Origin: a virus
IMG/VR virus record: IMGVR_UViG_3300020215_000050
Location: 85,495 to 123,282 of that record
DNA: 37,788 nt
Strand: one strand, 5' to 3'
Shown: positions 8,381-18,800 of the stretch, one piece after another
How positions within the stretch are numbered: position 1 is the stretch's first letter
Layout of the letters: each line of letters begins with the position of its first letter
Position numbers and translations under genes: made by a program
The notes under the pieces: generated by a model
Told to the model about the DNA's origin: nothing
What the model saw: only the letters and a program-made list of their open reading frames with translations
Databases searched by the model: none

Positions 8381-8571
8381 CTATCCTTGACCAGCTTCTC
8401 CAGGAGGCCCAGGATGCGGTTGACGTCCCCCCGCAGCTCCTTTACCTCGTCCCTCATGCTATTTAGGTCGGCCGACCGGGCTTTCCTCAGCTTGTACGCC
8501 CTGAGGCCGGAGTCGTCCGTGTTCAGGACCGCGCCGGGGTTGTTCTTCGCCCTGACGAACTTGTCGTGCAC
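8377..8571 (-). CDS. Small coiled-coil protein typically following VrlC-like genes
   Basis: R...GAVLNTD...Y..RK pattern with a C-terminal heptad; synteny. Confidence 0.75.
   Translation of the reverse strand: MHDKFVRAKNNPGAVLNTDDSGLRAYKLRKARSADLNSMRDEVKELRGDVNRILGLLEKLVKDR
8460..8467 (-). promoter_or_regulatory. Late promoter (CCTAAATA) embedded in coding sequence
   Basis: Rare codons CTA AAT; 80 nt upstream of the S74 fibre gene. Confidence 0.55.
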
Positions 8572-8572
8572 G

Positions 8573-11500
8573 CTACACCTGCAGGGCGATCGCGCGGACG
8601 TCGTTCAGCCTCGGGGCCAGCGCGGCGTCCTCGGCGAGCATGACGATCTTCAGGCAGAAGGTCTTGTAGGACCGGTAGACGGCCCCCGTCGCGGAGCTGT
8701 ACTCGGCGATGCCCGTCGAGGAGTTCGCGAAGACGGCCCGCGGGTTGGAGCCGTCGGACGGGACGGCGGTGGGCAGGGTATACTCGATCTCGACGAAGTC
8801 GCGGGTGTTCATCTGGTCCGAGTACATCTCGGCGCCCGTGCCCGCGGTCAGCTTGGTCCACTTCTTCGTGTCGAAGGCCTCGCCGTCCTCCTGGTTGAGG
8901 AACTTGACGTAGACCTGGACGTCCGTGCCCGACGGCCTCCAGGCCGTGACGTGGACGAGGATGTCCTCGGCCTCCTGACCGTCCTTGAGGACGACGTTCT
9001 TGGAGACGTACTTGGCCAGGGCCTCGCCGTAGTTGCTGTTGGCCTCGTTGGTGTCGGAGTTGTTGACGATGTTCTCGATCGCGAGGCCCGTCTTGCTCCT
9101 CAGGTCAATGACCGGCGAGACGAACTCGGACTCGGTGGAGAAGGTCGCCCTGAACCGGCAGCTCTTGTTGCCCGAGATGTCCGCGAGCTCGTTCGAGTAG
9201 CTCTTTACGATCCTCGTGAAGTCGAGGAACTCCGTCTCCGTGTTGTTGACGACGTCCTTGAAGCCGTCCTGGACGTCGCTGGAGTCGTAGCCCCTGTACG
9301 TGAAGACGAGGTTCGTCCTGTTCGGCTTCAGCGTGGCGTAGCGGGGGACGATGGCGTGGTAGTCCAGGTCGTCGACCGAGACGAGCTCGGCGTTGGCGAT
9401 CCTGGAGTTCGCCGTGATCAGGGAGACGTTGCCGACGGCCGTGGGCCTGTGGAACTGGATGTTGGCGCCGGCCGCCCAGCCGCCCGTCGAGGAGTCCAGG
9501 TAGACCGTCTCGTTGGGCTCGTCGATGAACTGGACGATGCCGAACGGCTGGGTCGTGTTGGCCCCCGTGAGGACGTGGGTGTCGTTGGCGGTGTAGACGA
9601 GGTCGCCGACCTGGACGAGGATGTCGGAGTTGGACCGGACCAGGCCGCTGTAGGTGATGAACTCGTCCGTCTCGTTGTCGAGCACGGCCACGGCGCTCGA
9701 GCCCGCGGTGAACTGGGCCCGGTAGAGGATGAACTTCATGTCCTCCTTCTGGTGGGAGGACCACGTGTTCATGTTCGAGGACGTGAACAGGACGCCGGCG
9801 TAGGGGTTCTGGTAGATCTGGACGCCCGTGTCGACGTCGAACTCGCCCGTCTCGCCGATCCAGATGCGGTACTCGGGGCTGTCGCCGTCGGGCTTGACCA
9901 TGAGGGCGTACTTCTCGCCGTTGGTCATGTAGACGGGGTGGTCGAAGGTGAAGGTCGTCGCCTCGGTGCCGTCGTCGGAGACGTTGACCTCGTCGGACGT
10001 CAGGTAGGCCCGGCCGATGATCCTCGTCGTGTCGGGGAAGCCGAACCTCATCTCCGTCACGAAGACGGTGATGCCCAGGCTCGGGTCCTTGGACTCAAAG
10101 AACAGGTCGAGCTTGGTCGCGAACGCGCCGGAGTCGCTCGTCGGTATGTTGGCGAAGATGCTCTGCGCGAGGGGGTCGAGGTAGCCGCGCCGCATGTTCG
10201 ACCAGTCTCGGCCGCCGCCGGTGTTGCGGGGGCGGGGCGGGTTCCTCGTCTGCGTGGTGGTCGTGACGATGACCTGGGTGTTGGTCGTCGTGACGACGCC
10301 GATCTCGGGCTCGATCGTGTTGAGGGTGACCCCCTGGGTCGTGACCGCGAGCTGGGCCGCGGTGAAGCGGGCGTCGGCCCTCGTCAGGATGGCGGTGTTG
10401 CCCGTGACCAGGTCGGAGACGTCGCAGAGCAGGAAGTTCCTGTCGCCCTGGCGGAACGTGCCCGCCGGGATGCTGAACAGGCCGAGCAGGTTGCCCGCGC
10501 TGTCGGACGTCAGGTTGGCGCCGAACGCGCCCGTCCTCGTCAGGATCTTGTCCTCGCGGCCCTCCTCGGGGTTCGTGACGTTCGAGTAGTCGGCCGGCGC
10601 GCAGTGGGCGTCGACGTTGACGTTGTCGAAGAAGGCGTGGATGCGGGTGTTGGGCTTCAGGTTGGTGGCGACGAAGGCGACCATCCTCGGCCGGATGTAG
10701 GGCTCGAGCGAGACGTCGCGGACGAACGGGCCGATCTGGTGCTGGTTCGTCATCGTCTCCATCTGCAGCTCCTCGACGATCCGGGTCCGCGTCTCCGTGG
10801 TCGTCGTCGTGGTCGTCCTGCCCGAGGTGACGGTGTTCGTCTGCCTCGTGTTGGAGGTCTGCACAGTCCTCCAGTCGCCGAACTGGCTGCCGAAGGAGCT
10901 GTCGAAGAAGTCCTCCCACGGCTGGCTCAGGTCCATCGTGATGTTCTGGTTGGGGACGCGGGTCTCGTCCCTCTTGTTGTCGAAGTTCGGGTAGAGCGTG
11001 CACTTGCCCGTCCACGCCCACTGGCTCTCGACGCAGTTCCTGATCTTGGAGGCGAAGTGCTGGTGGATCCAGGCGACGTGCGTGTAGGGGAGCGTGACGT
11101 AGTTGCCCGTCCTCTGGGTCGTCGAGTTCGAGCTGTTGTAGGTGAAGTCGACCGCGTGGGTCCTGAACGGCGGTCGGGCGACCCCGTAGTCCTGGTCGAT
11201 CGAGACCCGATACTCCTGGTCCGTGACCTTGCCCAGCGAGTGGCTGTTGAAGGGATCTGCGAAGATGCCGTTCTTGAACCTGTCCAGGCCGTCGACGTCG
11301 GGGACCGTGAAGTCCCTCGCCTTCTGCTCGAGGGCGTTGAGGACGGTGTAGTACTCGACCCTCTTGAGCCTCTGGTCTATGACGCCGACGTCCCGCATCG
11401 TGTAGCGGCGGTTCGTCTTGATGTCGTGGCGGACCTTGAGGTCGTGCCTGCCCAGCGACTCGGCCTCGCGCTGGCTCAGCGTCGGCCAGGCCGGGACGTA

Positions 11501-14374
11501 GGCGGTGGCGACGAGCATGACGTCGTCGTCGTGGGTCGGGGTCGTCGGGAAGACGCCGGGCTGGCCCTGGACGACCGTGAAGTCGCCGAGCTTGTTGACG
11601 ACGACCAGGTCCCGCCGCGGCAGGTAGGTCGTGATGTCCGCCTGGAAGTTGGAGTCCGGCTCCGGGTGATAGCCGATCGTCGAGGCGGCGAAGCCCACGC
11701 CGGAGTTGGCGGGGTTGATCGTCGCCGAGCCCACCGCGGTGGCGTCCGCGGCCGTGTTGGCCTTGTGGAGCCTGAAGTCGACCGCGTCCCTGAGGTCGAC
11801 GACCTCGCCCGCGCTGGTCCGGTAGGTCGGGATCTCGCCCCACTCGATCGTCGTCGAGTTGGCGGTGTTGCTCGTCGGGTAGGAGTCGACGGAGTAGAAG
11901 CCGACGCCGCCGTTGGTGTTCGGGTTGAAGTAGCTGAACTTGACGAGCAGCTTGGACGAGGCGGAGACCTTGCTCCTGTAGGCCGGCTTGACCCGCAGGG
12001 TCGCCAGGTCGTACCACGCGTCCCGCTGGCCGTCGTCGAACTCGAACCAGTGGCTCTGGTCGGGGTTGGTCACGTCGTAGGTCGTGCCCGCGTAGACCGC
12101 CTGGATGTCGTAGACGTCGGGGAAGCCAAGGCACCACGGTCCCGTGATGCCGTTGTTCGAGCAGTCGATCTTGACGTACCTGTCCTTGCGGACGTCCTTG
12201 CCGATGGGAAAGGCGTCGTGCTTGAGGACCGGGTAGTGGACGTGGACCGTGGAGGTCGCGGTCAGGGCCGCGTTGAGCTCGAGGTCCGAGTTGATCTGCA
12301 GGGTCGTGTTCGAGGCGACGATGATGTTTGCCGACGCGGACGAGAGGTCGACGTGGCTGCCCTCGGGGTACAGCTTGGCGTAGTTCATCGCCGTGTTGGT
12401 CTGCGTCAGGTTCGCAGCGAGGACCATGTGCGTCGCGTTGGTGACCGACACGATCCTGCGGTAGTCGAACCCGCCGCCGCCCTGGTGGAAGCACTTGATG
12501 TACTGGCCGGCCTTGAACTGGACGTCGAAGGCGGTGGACGTGCCGACCAGGTTGGCCACCGTCGTGTTGCCCGAGACGGTGCCCGCGAGGTTGGTCGTCA
12601 GGACGTCGACGGTGAGGACGACGTCGAAGTTGGCCTTCTCGGCGAGGGACGTGATCGTGCCCGAGGCGTTGATCCTCTCCGAGCCGCCCGCGGCCGCCGG
12701 GTTGGTCGTGACGGAGATGAAGCCGTTGACGGCCAGCGTGGCGTTGGCGTAGTCGCGGAACACGAACTGGGTGTCGGAGGCCCCGGAGTTGTCGTAGAGG
12801 CTCTTGGTCGCCCTCGCGCCGGTCGGGAAGACCAGGCAGCCCAGCTCGCCGTCGTGGAGGATGGCGACGTTGGAGGTGGAGCCGTTGGCGTTGTGCTGGG
12901 TCTCGAGGACGACGTCCGCCCTCGCCCCGGAGTAGCCGGCGGTGTTGGCGTAGATGGCCTTGACGTCGGAGAACGACTGGCCCGAGTTCATCCGGACGTT
13001 GTCGAGGTACACGAGGTACTGGCAGTTGGCGATGCCCTTGGTGCCCGAGTAGTGCTCGACCATCCTGATGTGGGCGTTGCCGATGTTGTTGCCCGAGCGG
13101 GCGGCGTCCGGGTCCTCGAGGTCGGTGATCGAGGCCTGCGCCTGGTCGTAGAGCTGGACCTCGTCGAGGTTCTTGTAGTCGAACGTGCCCAGCATCTGGT
13201 CGACGATCACGTACTTGCCGTAGTTCGCCGTGACGATCTGGGCCTCGGAGGTCTGCGTCGTGAAGGCGCGGGTCGTGACGATGTTGGACGTGCCGATCTT
13301 CTCGATGCGGTAGCCCTTGACGTAGGCGATGCCCGTCGAGATGGAGTAGGCGAAGAGGTTGGCGTCCTCGAGCCCCGTGTTGGCGTTGATGCCCGGGAAG
13401 GTCTCGATGGTGAACGGCTTGACGTGATAGTCGCCGGACTCCTCGGAGGTCCTCCTGCCGAACTCGTCGCCGAGCTTGTTGTAGACCGGGTCGATGTTCT
13501 GCTCGGTCGGCTCGCGGTTGTCGAACTCGACGATGGCGAAGAAGTTGACGTTGTTGGTCGTCTCCGTCCTGAGCTTGGAGACGAGGACGGGGGTAAGCTT
13601 GAGGCGGTGGGCGCCGGGGGCGTTGAAGTTGGGATACCCCAGGGCGTTGTCGTTCAGGCTCTCGTCCTGGTCCTCGGTGATGATCTCCTCGAGCGTGTCG
13701 AAACCCACCCGGTAGTTGGTCGGGTCGGTGTCGAACTCCTTGATGACGATCGTCTGGCTCTCGACCCTCTGGAAGAAGCCCTTGTGGTAGATGATGCCGT
13801 CGCCGATCGTGACGCCGTAGCCCTCGCCCGTCGCGTCCGGGTCGTTGATGACCTGGATCTGGTCGAGGAGGTTGCCGTTGTTCAGGCTCGTGTCGTGCTT
13901 GCCCTGGTCGGAGGTGTAGACCTTGATCCACTCGCCCGCCGTGAAGGTGGATTCGGAGTTGGCGCCCGTCCTCAGGTAGGAGACGTAGAAGCGGTTGGAC
14001 TCGGGGAAGCTGGCCTCGAAGCCCTCGACCGCCTTGTGGCAGATGGCCCTGACGCCGGACGTGTTGCCGACGAGGAGCATATCCGACTCGATCTCGGAGA
14101 CGGACAGGTCGGCGTTGGAGGCGAACGAGTCGCCGACGGAGACGTAGCGGAACGGGTCGTGGTAGGTGACGTGGCAGCCGTCGACGACGGAGCCGTCCTT
14201 GAAGACGTGGTCGCCGAACCGCTTGATCTGCTGGTTGAGGATCGTCTGGAGCTGGGTCAGCTCCCTCGCCTGGACCGGGGTCGCGGGCCTGAACAGGACG
14301 CGGTAGAAGTCCGCGTCCTCCTCGAAGTCGTCGTAGTAGGGGTTTACGTTAAAGTCGGTATTGAGGACAGACAT
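8573..14374 (-). CDS. Large baseplate/fibre-anchoring structural protein (VrlC/DUF4815-like)
   Basis: 1933 aa. NVNPYYDDF...YRVLFRP..PVQARELTQLQTIL N-terminus, APGAHRLK, RRYTMRDVG.I..R..RVEYYT, DRFKNGIFADPF, DPLAQS. Confidence 0.88.
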   Translation of the reverse strand: MSVLNTDFNVNPYYDDFEEDADFYRVLFRPATPVQARELTQLQTILNQQIKRFGDHVFKDGSVVDGCHVTYHDPFRYVSVGDSFASNADLSVSEIESDMLLVGNTSGVRAICHKAVEGFEASFPESNRFYVSYLRTGANSESTFTAGEWIKVYTSDQGKHDTSLNNGNLLDQIQVINDPDATGEGYGVTIGDGIIYHKGFFQRVESQTIVIKEFDTDPTNYRVGFDTLEEIITEDQDESLNDNALGYPNFNAPGAHRLKLTPVLVSKLRTETTNNVNFFAIVEFDNREPTEQNIDPVYNKLGDEFGRRTSEESGDYHVKPFTIETFPGINANTGLEDANLFAYSISTGIAYVKGYRIEKIGTSNIVTTRAFTTQTSEAQIVTANYGKYVIVDQMLGTFDYKNLDEVQLYDQAQASITDLEDPDAARSGNNIGNAHIRMVEHYSGTKGIANCQYLVYLDNVRMNSGQSFSDVKAIYANTAGYSGARADVVLETQHNANGSTSNVAILHDGELGCLVFPTGARATKSLYDNSGASDTQFVFRDYANATLAVNGFISVTTNPAAAGGSERINASGTITSLAEKANFDVVLTVDVLTTNLAGTVSGNTTVANLVGTSTAFDVQFKAGQYIKCFHQGGGGFDYRRIVSVTNATHMVLAANLTQTNTAMNYAKLYPEGSHVDLSSASANIIVASNTTLQINSDLELNAALTATSTVHVHYPVLKHDAFPIGKDVRKDRYVKIDCSNNGITGPWCLGFPDVYDIQAVYAGTTYDVTNPDQSHWFEFDDGQRDAWYDLATLRVKPAYRSKVSASSKLLVKFSYFNPNTNGGVGFYSVDSYPTSNTANSTTIEWGEIPTYRTSAGEVVDLRDAVDFRLHKANTAADATAVGSATINPANSGVGFAASTIGYHPEPDSNFQADITTYLPRRDLVVVNKLGDFTVVQGQPGVFPTTPTHDDDVMLVATAYVPAWPTLSQREAESLGRHDLKVRHDIKTNRRYTMRDVGVIDQRLKRVEYYTVLNALEQKARDFTVPDVDGLDRFKNGIFADPFNSHSLGKVTDQEYRVSIDQDYGVARPPFRTHAVDFTYNSSNSTTQRTGNYVTLPYTHVAWIHQHFASKIRNCVESQWAWTGKCTLYPNFDNKRDETRVPNQNITMDLSQPWEDFFDSSFGSQFGDWRTVQTSNTRQTNTVTSGRTTTTTTTETRTRIVEELQMETMTNQHQIGPFVRDVSLEPYIRPRMVAFVATNLKPNTRIHAFFDNVNVDAHCAPADYSNVTNPEEGREDKILTRTGAFGANLTSDSAGNLLGLFSIPAGTFRQGDRNFLLCDVSDLVTGNTAILTRADARFTAAQLAVTTQGVTLNTIEPEIGVVTTTNTQVIVTTTTQTRNPPRPRNTGGGRDWSNMRRGYLDPLAQSIFANIPTSDSGAFATKLDLFFESKDPSLGITVFVTEMRFGFPDTTRIIGRAYLTSDEVNVSDDGTEATTFTFDHPVYMTNGEKYALMVKPDGDSPEYRIWIGETGEFDVDTGVQIYQNPYAGVLFTSSNMNTWSSHQKEDMKFILYRAQFTAGSSAVAVLDNETDEFITYSGLVRSNSDILVQVGDLVYTANDTHVLTGANTTQPFGIVQFIDEPNETVYLDSSTGGWAAGANIQFHRPTAVGNVSLITANSRIANAELVSVDDLDYHAIVPRYATLKPNRTNLVFTYRGYDSSDVQDGFKDVVNNTETEFLDFTRIVKSYSNELADISGNKSCRFRATFSTESEFVSPVIDLRSKTGLAIENIVNNSDTNEANSNYGEALAKYVSKNVVLKDGQEAEDILVHVTAWRPSGTDVQVYVKFLNQEDGEAFDTKKWTKLTAGTGAEMYSDQMNTRDFVEIEYTLPTAVPSDGSNPRAVFANSSTGIAEYSSATGAVYRSYKTFCLKIVMLAEDAALAPRLNDVRAIALQV

Positions 14375-14381
14375 TCAGCCG

Positions 14382-15887
14382 CTAGACCTTCAGGATGACG
14401 CGAACCGTCTCGTTCGTGACCGCGGTCCTCACGATGGGCTCGAAGTTCTGTACGCAGAGGACCTCGCCGCTGTTCTCCTCGACGTCCGGGGTATTTATTG
14501 CGCTTATCGTGGCCGCCACGGAAGAGTTCGCGCCGATGATCGTCTCCGCGTTGGCGAAGGTGCCGAGGACGGAGCTGAAGCGGAGGTAGGTCGTGTTCGA
14601 CCACAGGACCGTGCCCGTCGCCCCCGACGTCTGGCCCGTGATGACCTCGTCGTTGGAGAAGGGGCTGGTTATGCCCACGCCGAGGGCGATGTTCGCCCGG
14701 TAGTGCTGGACGATCTCGGCGTTGACGAAGGCGTTGGCGGAGTTCCTCGCCAGCGGGGCCTTGATGATGCCCGCCGTCCTGAAGTCCACGTTGGAGGGCA
14801 TGGCGTCCGAGCTCTCGATGTCGATCGAGATGGACAGGCGCTGGCTCATCAGCTCGTCGACCGGGTTGGACCCGTGCCCCCCGGGCGGGCCGATCACCGC
14901 CCTCAGGACGACCGACGTGTTGCCCACGCCCGCCGCCGCCACCGCGTTGACCGTGGCCCGGGAGTAGCCCGAGCCGACGTTGATGACGGAGACGTCCTGG
15001 ATCTTGAAGGTGTTCGCGTTGACCGTGCAGTAGGCCTTCGCCCCCGAGCCGTCGCCGGTGATGCGGATCTGGGGGGTGATGAGGTACTGGGAGCCGAGGG
15101 TGACGTTCGACATGGCTGTGGCCAGGGTGACGAAGTTGCCCGTCGAGTTGGACACGTAGTCTGTGATCACGCTCAGGAGGCCGGCCCCGTTCCCCGCCTG
15201 GATGTACATGGCGGAGTCGACGTAGATGTCGTTCGAGGTCGACGCCGCGTTGGCGATCTGGAACAGGGTGTTGGACACCTTCGAGACGATCGTCCCGTTC
15301 GTGGTGGCGACCCAGTTGTTGCCGTTGGTCTCGACGAGGATGACGTCGAGAGCCCCGTCGATGGCCGCCTCCTCGATGGTGGCGTTGGCCTCGATCGGGA
15401 AAAGGGTGCTCGTCTCGTGGGCGTCGAGCTTGGCCTGGGTGACCGTGAACATGTACTTCCAGATGTAGCCGTCGCCGGTCTGGAAGGGGGTGTTCGCCGT
15501 GGTCGTCGGCTTGGAGGTGGAGCGGGTGTTGGCGTTGTTGAACAGGCACTTGTAGACCTTCCGCTCGTCCGTGATGACGAAGAAGGTCTTGTCCCTGAGC
15601 TCCTCGTCCCGGTCGTCGTAGGCCGAGTAGAGGGTGTTCGTCGTCCAGACGTTCCTGGTGACCAGGTAGGCGCAGTCCGTGTCGTCGAACTTCTTGGCGT
15701 AGATCATCTCCCTGTGGGGCAGGTAGTGGCTGACGTAGAGGGACTCGTCCGCCTCGTCGGGGTCGTCGTCGTCCGTCCACGGCGTGTACCGGCTGACGAA
15801 CACGTAGTGGTTCGTGTTCGCGAGGGACTCGAGGAAGTGCTGGAGGAGGCAGCTCCTCCAGTAGTTGGTTAGAACCATGTGGGTCAT
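14382..15887 (-). CDS. gp8: Baseplate wedge subunit gp8
   Basis: VYKCLFNN...S..KP, GDGYIWKYMF, PPGGHGSNPVDEL, terminal PIVR....ETVRVILKV; follows gp7. Confidence 0.88.
   Translation of the reverse strand: MTHMVLTNYWRSCLLQHFLESLANTNHYVFVSRYTPWTDDDDPDEADESLYVSHYLPHREMIYAKKFDDTDCAYLVTRNVWTTNTLYSAYDDRDEELRDKTFFVITDERKVYKCLFNNANTRSTSKPTTTANTPFQTGDGYIWKYMFTVTQAKLDAHETSTLFPIEANATIEEAAIDGALDVILVETNGNNWVATTNGTIVSKVSNTLFQIANAASTSNDIYVDSAMYIQAGNGAGLLSVITDYVSNSTGNFVTLATAMSNVTLGSQYLITPQIRITGDGSGAKAYCTVNANTFKIQDVSVINVGSGYSRATVNAVAAAGVGNTSVVLRAVIGPPGGHGSNPVDELMSQRLSISIDIESSDAMPSNVDFRTAGIIKAPLARNSANAFVNAEIVQHYRANIALGVGITSPFSNDEVITGQTSGATGTVLWSNTTYLRFSSVLGTFANAETIIGANSSVAATISAINTPDVEENSGEVLCVQNFEPIVRTAVTNETVRVILKV
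14492..14499 (-). promoter_or_regulatory. Late promoter (AATAAATA) embedded in gp8
   Basis: Codons GCA ATA AAT in an otherwise G/C-ending gene; about 118 nt upstream of the 1933-aa gene. Confidence 0.6.
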
Positions 15888-15890
15888 TTA

Positions 15891-18800
15891 TCAGCTCGTA
15901 AAGGTCTGCAGCTCGGTATTGGTGGCCCTGCGTGGCAGGTATTTAAGCTTTCTTATCCAGCCGTTGCCCACGTTGCTGCCGTTCTGGTGGCCGATGTTCA
16001 GCACGGTCGCGGCATCGGGCAGGCTGACGGAGGTGTCTGTAGACGGCGATCCGCCGTTGCAAACGGCCGCCGCGTCGTTGAGGGCCCAGGCGAAGGCCAC
16101 CTTGCTCGTCGTGCCGAGGGCGTTGATGCCCTTGGTGAAGCTGACGACCGACGAGTTGTTGTCGTCGACGATGAGACGGGCCTCCGGGGTATCGTTCCAG
16201 AACAGGCCTATCCGCTCGGGTTCGCTGAAGTAGAGGTCCCAGACGTAGTCGACCGGGTTGCCCGAGCGCAGGTGGGGCGTGAACTCGGCCGAGATCGTAC
16301 CCGCCGTGGCGCTGTATGGGAATAGGGTCGTCAGGATGGCGGTCTGGTCTTGCTGGCGTGTGACGCTAGCCGTGGTCGTCGGGATGTAGCTAGTGGCCCA
16401 CGAGACGTCTTCCTCGAACTGCATGCCGAACACGTCCACGTACGCGGCGGCGTCGCCCGCGTAGCTGAGTATCGCGTCCTCCGTGCCGAAGGCGCCGCCC
16501 CAGGCATTCGCGGAGGCGAACCTCACGTGGGGGACCGCCGTCGTTGCTGCCCCCGTGTCGGCGGCGAGCACGACCCTGTACCACCCGTCCGGGCAGGCCT
16601 CGATCGAGGAGGCGAGGTAGGTCCACGACGCGGCGTTGTCGTCTGTTATCGTGCCGCTCTGCAGGTCGACGATGATGCCCGCGCCCGTGCCCGAGCCGTC
16701 GGCGAGCATCACGGAGACGTACCGGCGGGTCCCGTACTTGAGGTACACGGACAGGACCTGGGTGTCGGAGGTGCCCACGGCAGGCCGGTTCGCCGTGTTG
16801 CCGATGAAACCGTGCGTACCCGTGGTGGCGGTCTCCGTGACCCGGCACGCGCTGTTCGCCACCCCGTCCGGCCCCGTGACGGACTTGCTAACCGTGGCCC
16901 GCTCGACCGTCCATGCCGACTGCGTGTAGTCCGAGGAATGGAGCATCTGGTTGGTGCGCTGGGGCTCGATGAGGAGGCCCCTCGGCGTCAGGTTGGTAGG
17001 ATTGTAGTCGTAGCGGGGCTCGTCGACCGCCGCGGTGGTCAGGATGCCGTTCGCGTTGTAGTACGTACCCGTGGACGCCCGGGTGTGCGTCAGCTTGTCG
17101 AACGGGTCGCCGGCGAAGGACAGCGCGCCGTTAGAGCCGTGCCAGATGGTGATGTTGGGTTCGGTGTTGGAGAAGTCGATCGCCATGCCCGTCTCGCTGC
17201 CGAGCAGAGTCAGGGAGCTCGTGCCCGCGCCCACGTTGGCGCTGCTCGTGTTCGGGGTGACCGTCGACTCGAGGTCGACCTCGTCCCGGACCACGGCGGT
17301 GCCGAACAGCTCCACGCCGGCCGGGTGATAGACCTTCCGCAGGGTCTCCTCGTACCGGTCCAAGGACCTGCTCGACTGGACGTCGTAGCTGTACTCCTGG
17401 TAGTAGAACGAGTCCTGGATGTACTTGTCTGCGTTGAGGAAGCCCTTGGTCGACGTCCACTCGCCCCTGCCGAAGCCCACTGCGCCGATGACCGCCTCGG
17501 CCTCGAGCTCCGTCTCCTGGGCGACGTCGCCCCACACGAGGGCCTCGCCGTCCTCGGTCGTCAGCGTCTCGTCGACGTTCTCCCTCCTCAGGAAGTCGTT
17601 CCCCGAGTAGTTGAGGGTCAGCGCCTGGCCGTTGGCGTAGCCGAAGCCCGAGTCGACGACGCGCATAGCCGTCGCGACGTTGGAGCCCGCCACGGCCTCC
17701 CCCTCGATGACCGCGTTGTTGCCCATGTAGCCGTTGTTGGCGGCCAGCTCGAAGGAGAGGATGGAAGGTTCGACGACCCAGACGGTGACGTCCTCGGTAT
17801 ACTCCGAGCCGGGGTTGATGTTGACGAGGCTGCCGATCGTGCCGACCGTCGTGTTGCTCGCCTCCTCCCAGTCGGAGACGAGGGCGTTGTCGTTCATCGT
17901 CGTATTGGAGGCGAGAGTCTCGGTGACGAAGACCTGCGTCCCGTCCTCGGTGTAGATCGCGCCCGTGTCCTCCTGGAGGACCATCGGGTTGTACAGGAAC
18001 GTGAAGTCCTCGAGGGTGTCGTTCTCGTAGGGGAGCACGATCGTGTCGGAGAAGCTCAGGATCTCGGTGTTGACGATCGAGCCTACCTCGAAGGTCGCGC
18101 CCGAGCCGACGAAGGCCGCGTCGAGGGGGACTCCGTCCTCGCAGAAGATGTAGTCCGCCCCGTCCTCGGTCAGGATGGCCTTGTTGATGATGTACACGAG
18201 GGAGTCCATCGTGTAGCCGGTGCCGCCCCACTGGATGCTGAACTCGATGAGGCCCGTGCCGCGGGCGCGGAGCTCGCTGACCCTGACCTCGAGCCCGATG
18301 CCCGTGCCCTGGTCGTCGCCCGCCCTGTAGGCGTCGCCGATGCGGTTGTCGAGGCCCCCGCCCGTGACGACCATCTCGGTCACGCTGCCCAGGATCCTCG
18401 GGATCTTGGTGGGGTCCTCAAAGCCCTCGTAGGAGATGGGCTCGCCGACCTCGAATTCGCCGACGATGTTGGACAGGTAGAACAGGTAGACGGGCCGGCC
18501 GCGGACGTTCCGGATGACGTAGTCCTCGACGATGGCCGTGGCCTCGGAGTTCACGCCCGTGATCTGCTTGAGCAGGTAGTCCTGGTTGAAGCGGGTGTAG
18601 TTGATCTCCAGGTACTTGGGCTGGTGCCAGGTGCCGTCCGACGGGGCGAGCATGTCCCGGGACGGGATGTAGATGTCGATGTCCTCCCGGTAGATGAGCT
18701 GGAACAGGAGCTTCAGGCCGGCGTTCGAGCCCTTGGACCGGTACAGGTCGAGGATGTGCTTCTGGAGGAATCTTCTATCACCAAGAATTTCCACGGGGAG

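Noticed and set aside
10095-13931. R/P/H-rich same-strand alternative-frame ORFs (also 6060..7946, 21321..23477, 24575..26392)
   Set aside because: Off-frame artefacts of high GC.
8081-14398. 2105-aa plus-strand ORF, and similar long ORFs (2559..4739, 16350..19052, 21806..23809, 23791..27735)
   Set aside because: Antisense shadows of strongly G/C-biased genes; V/D/R/G-rich with no motifs.
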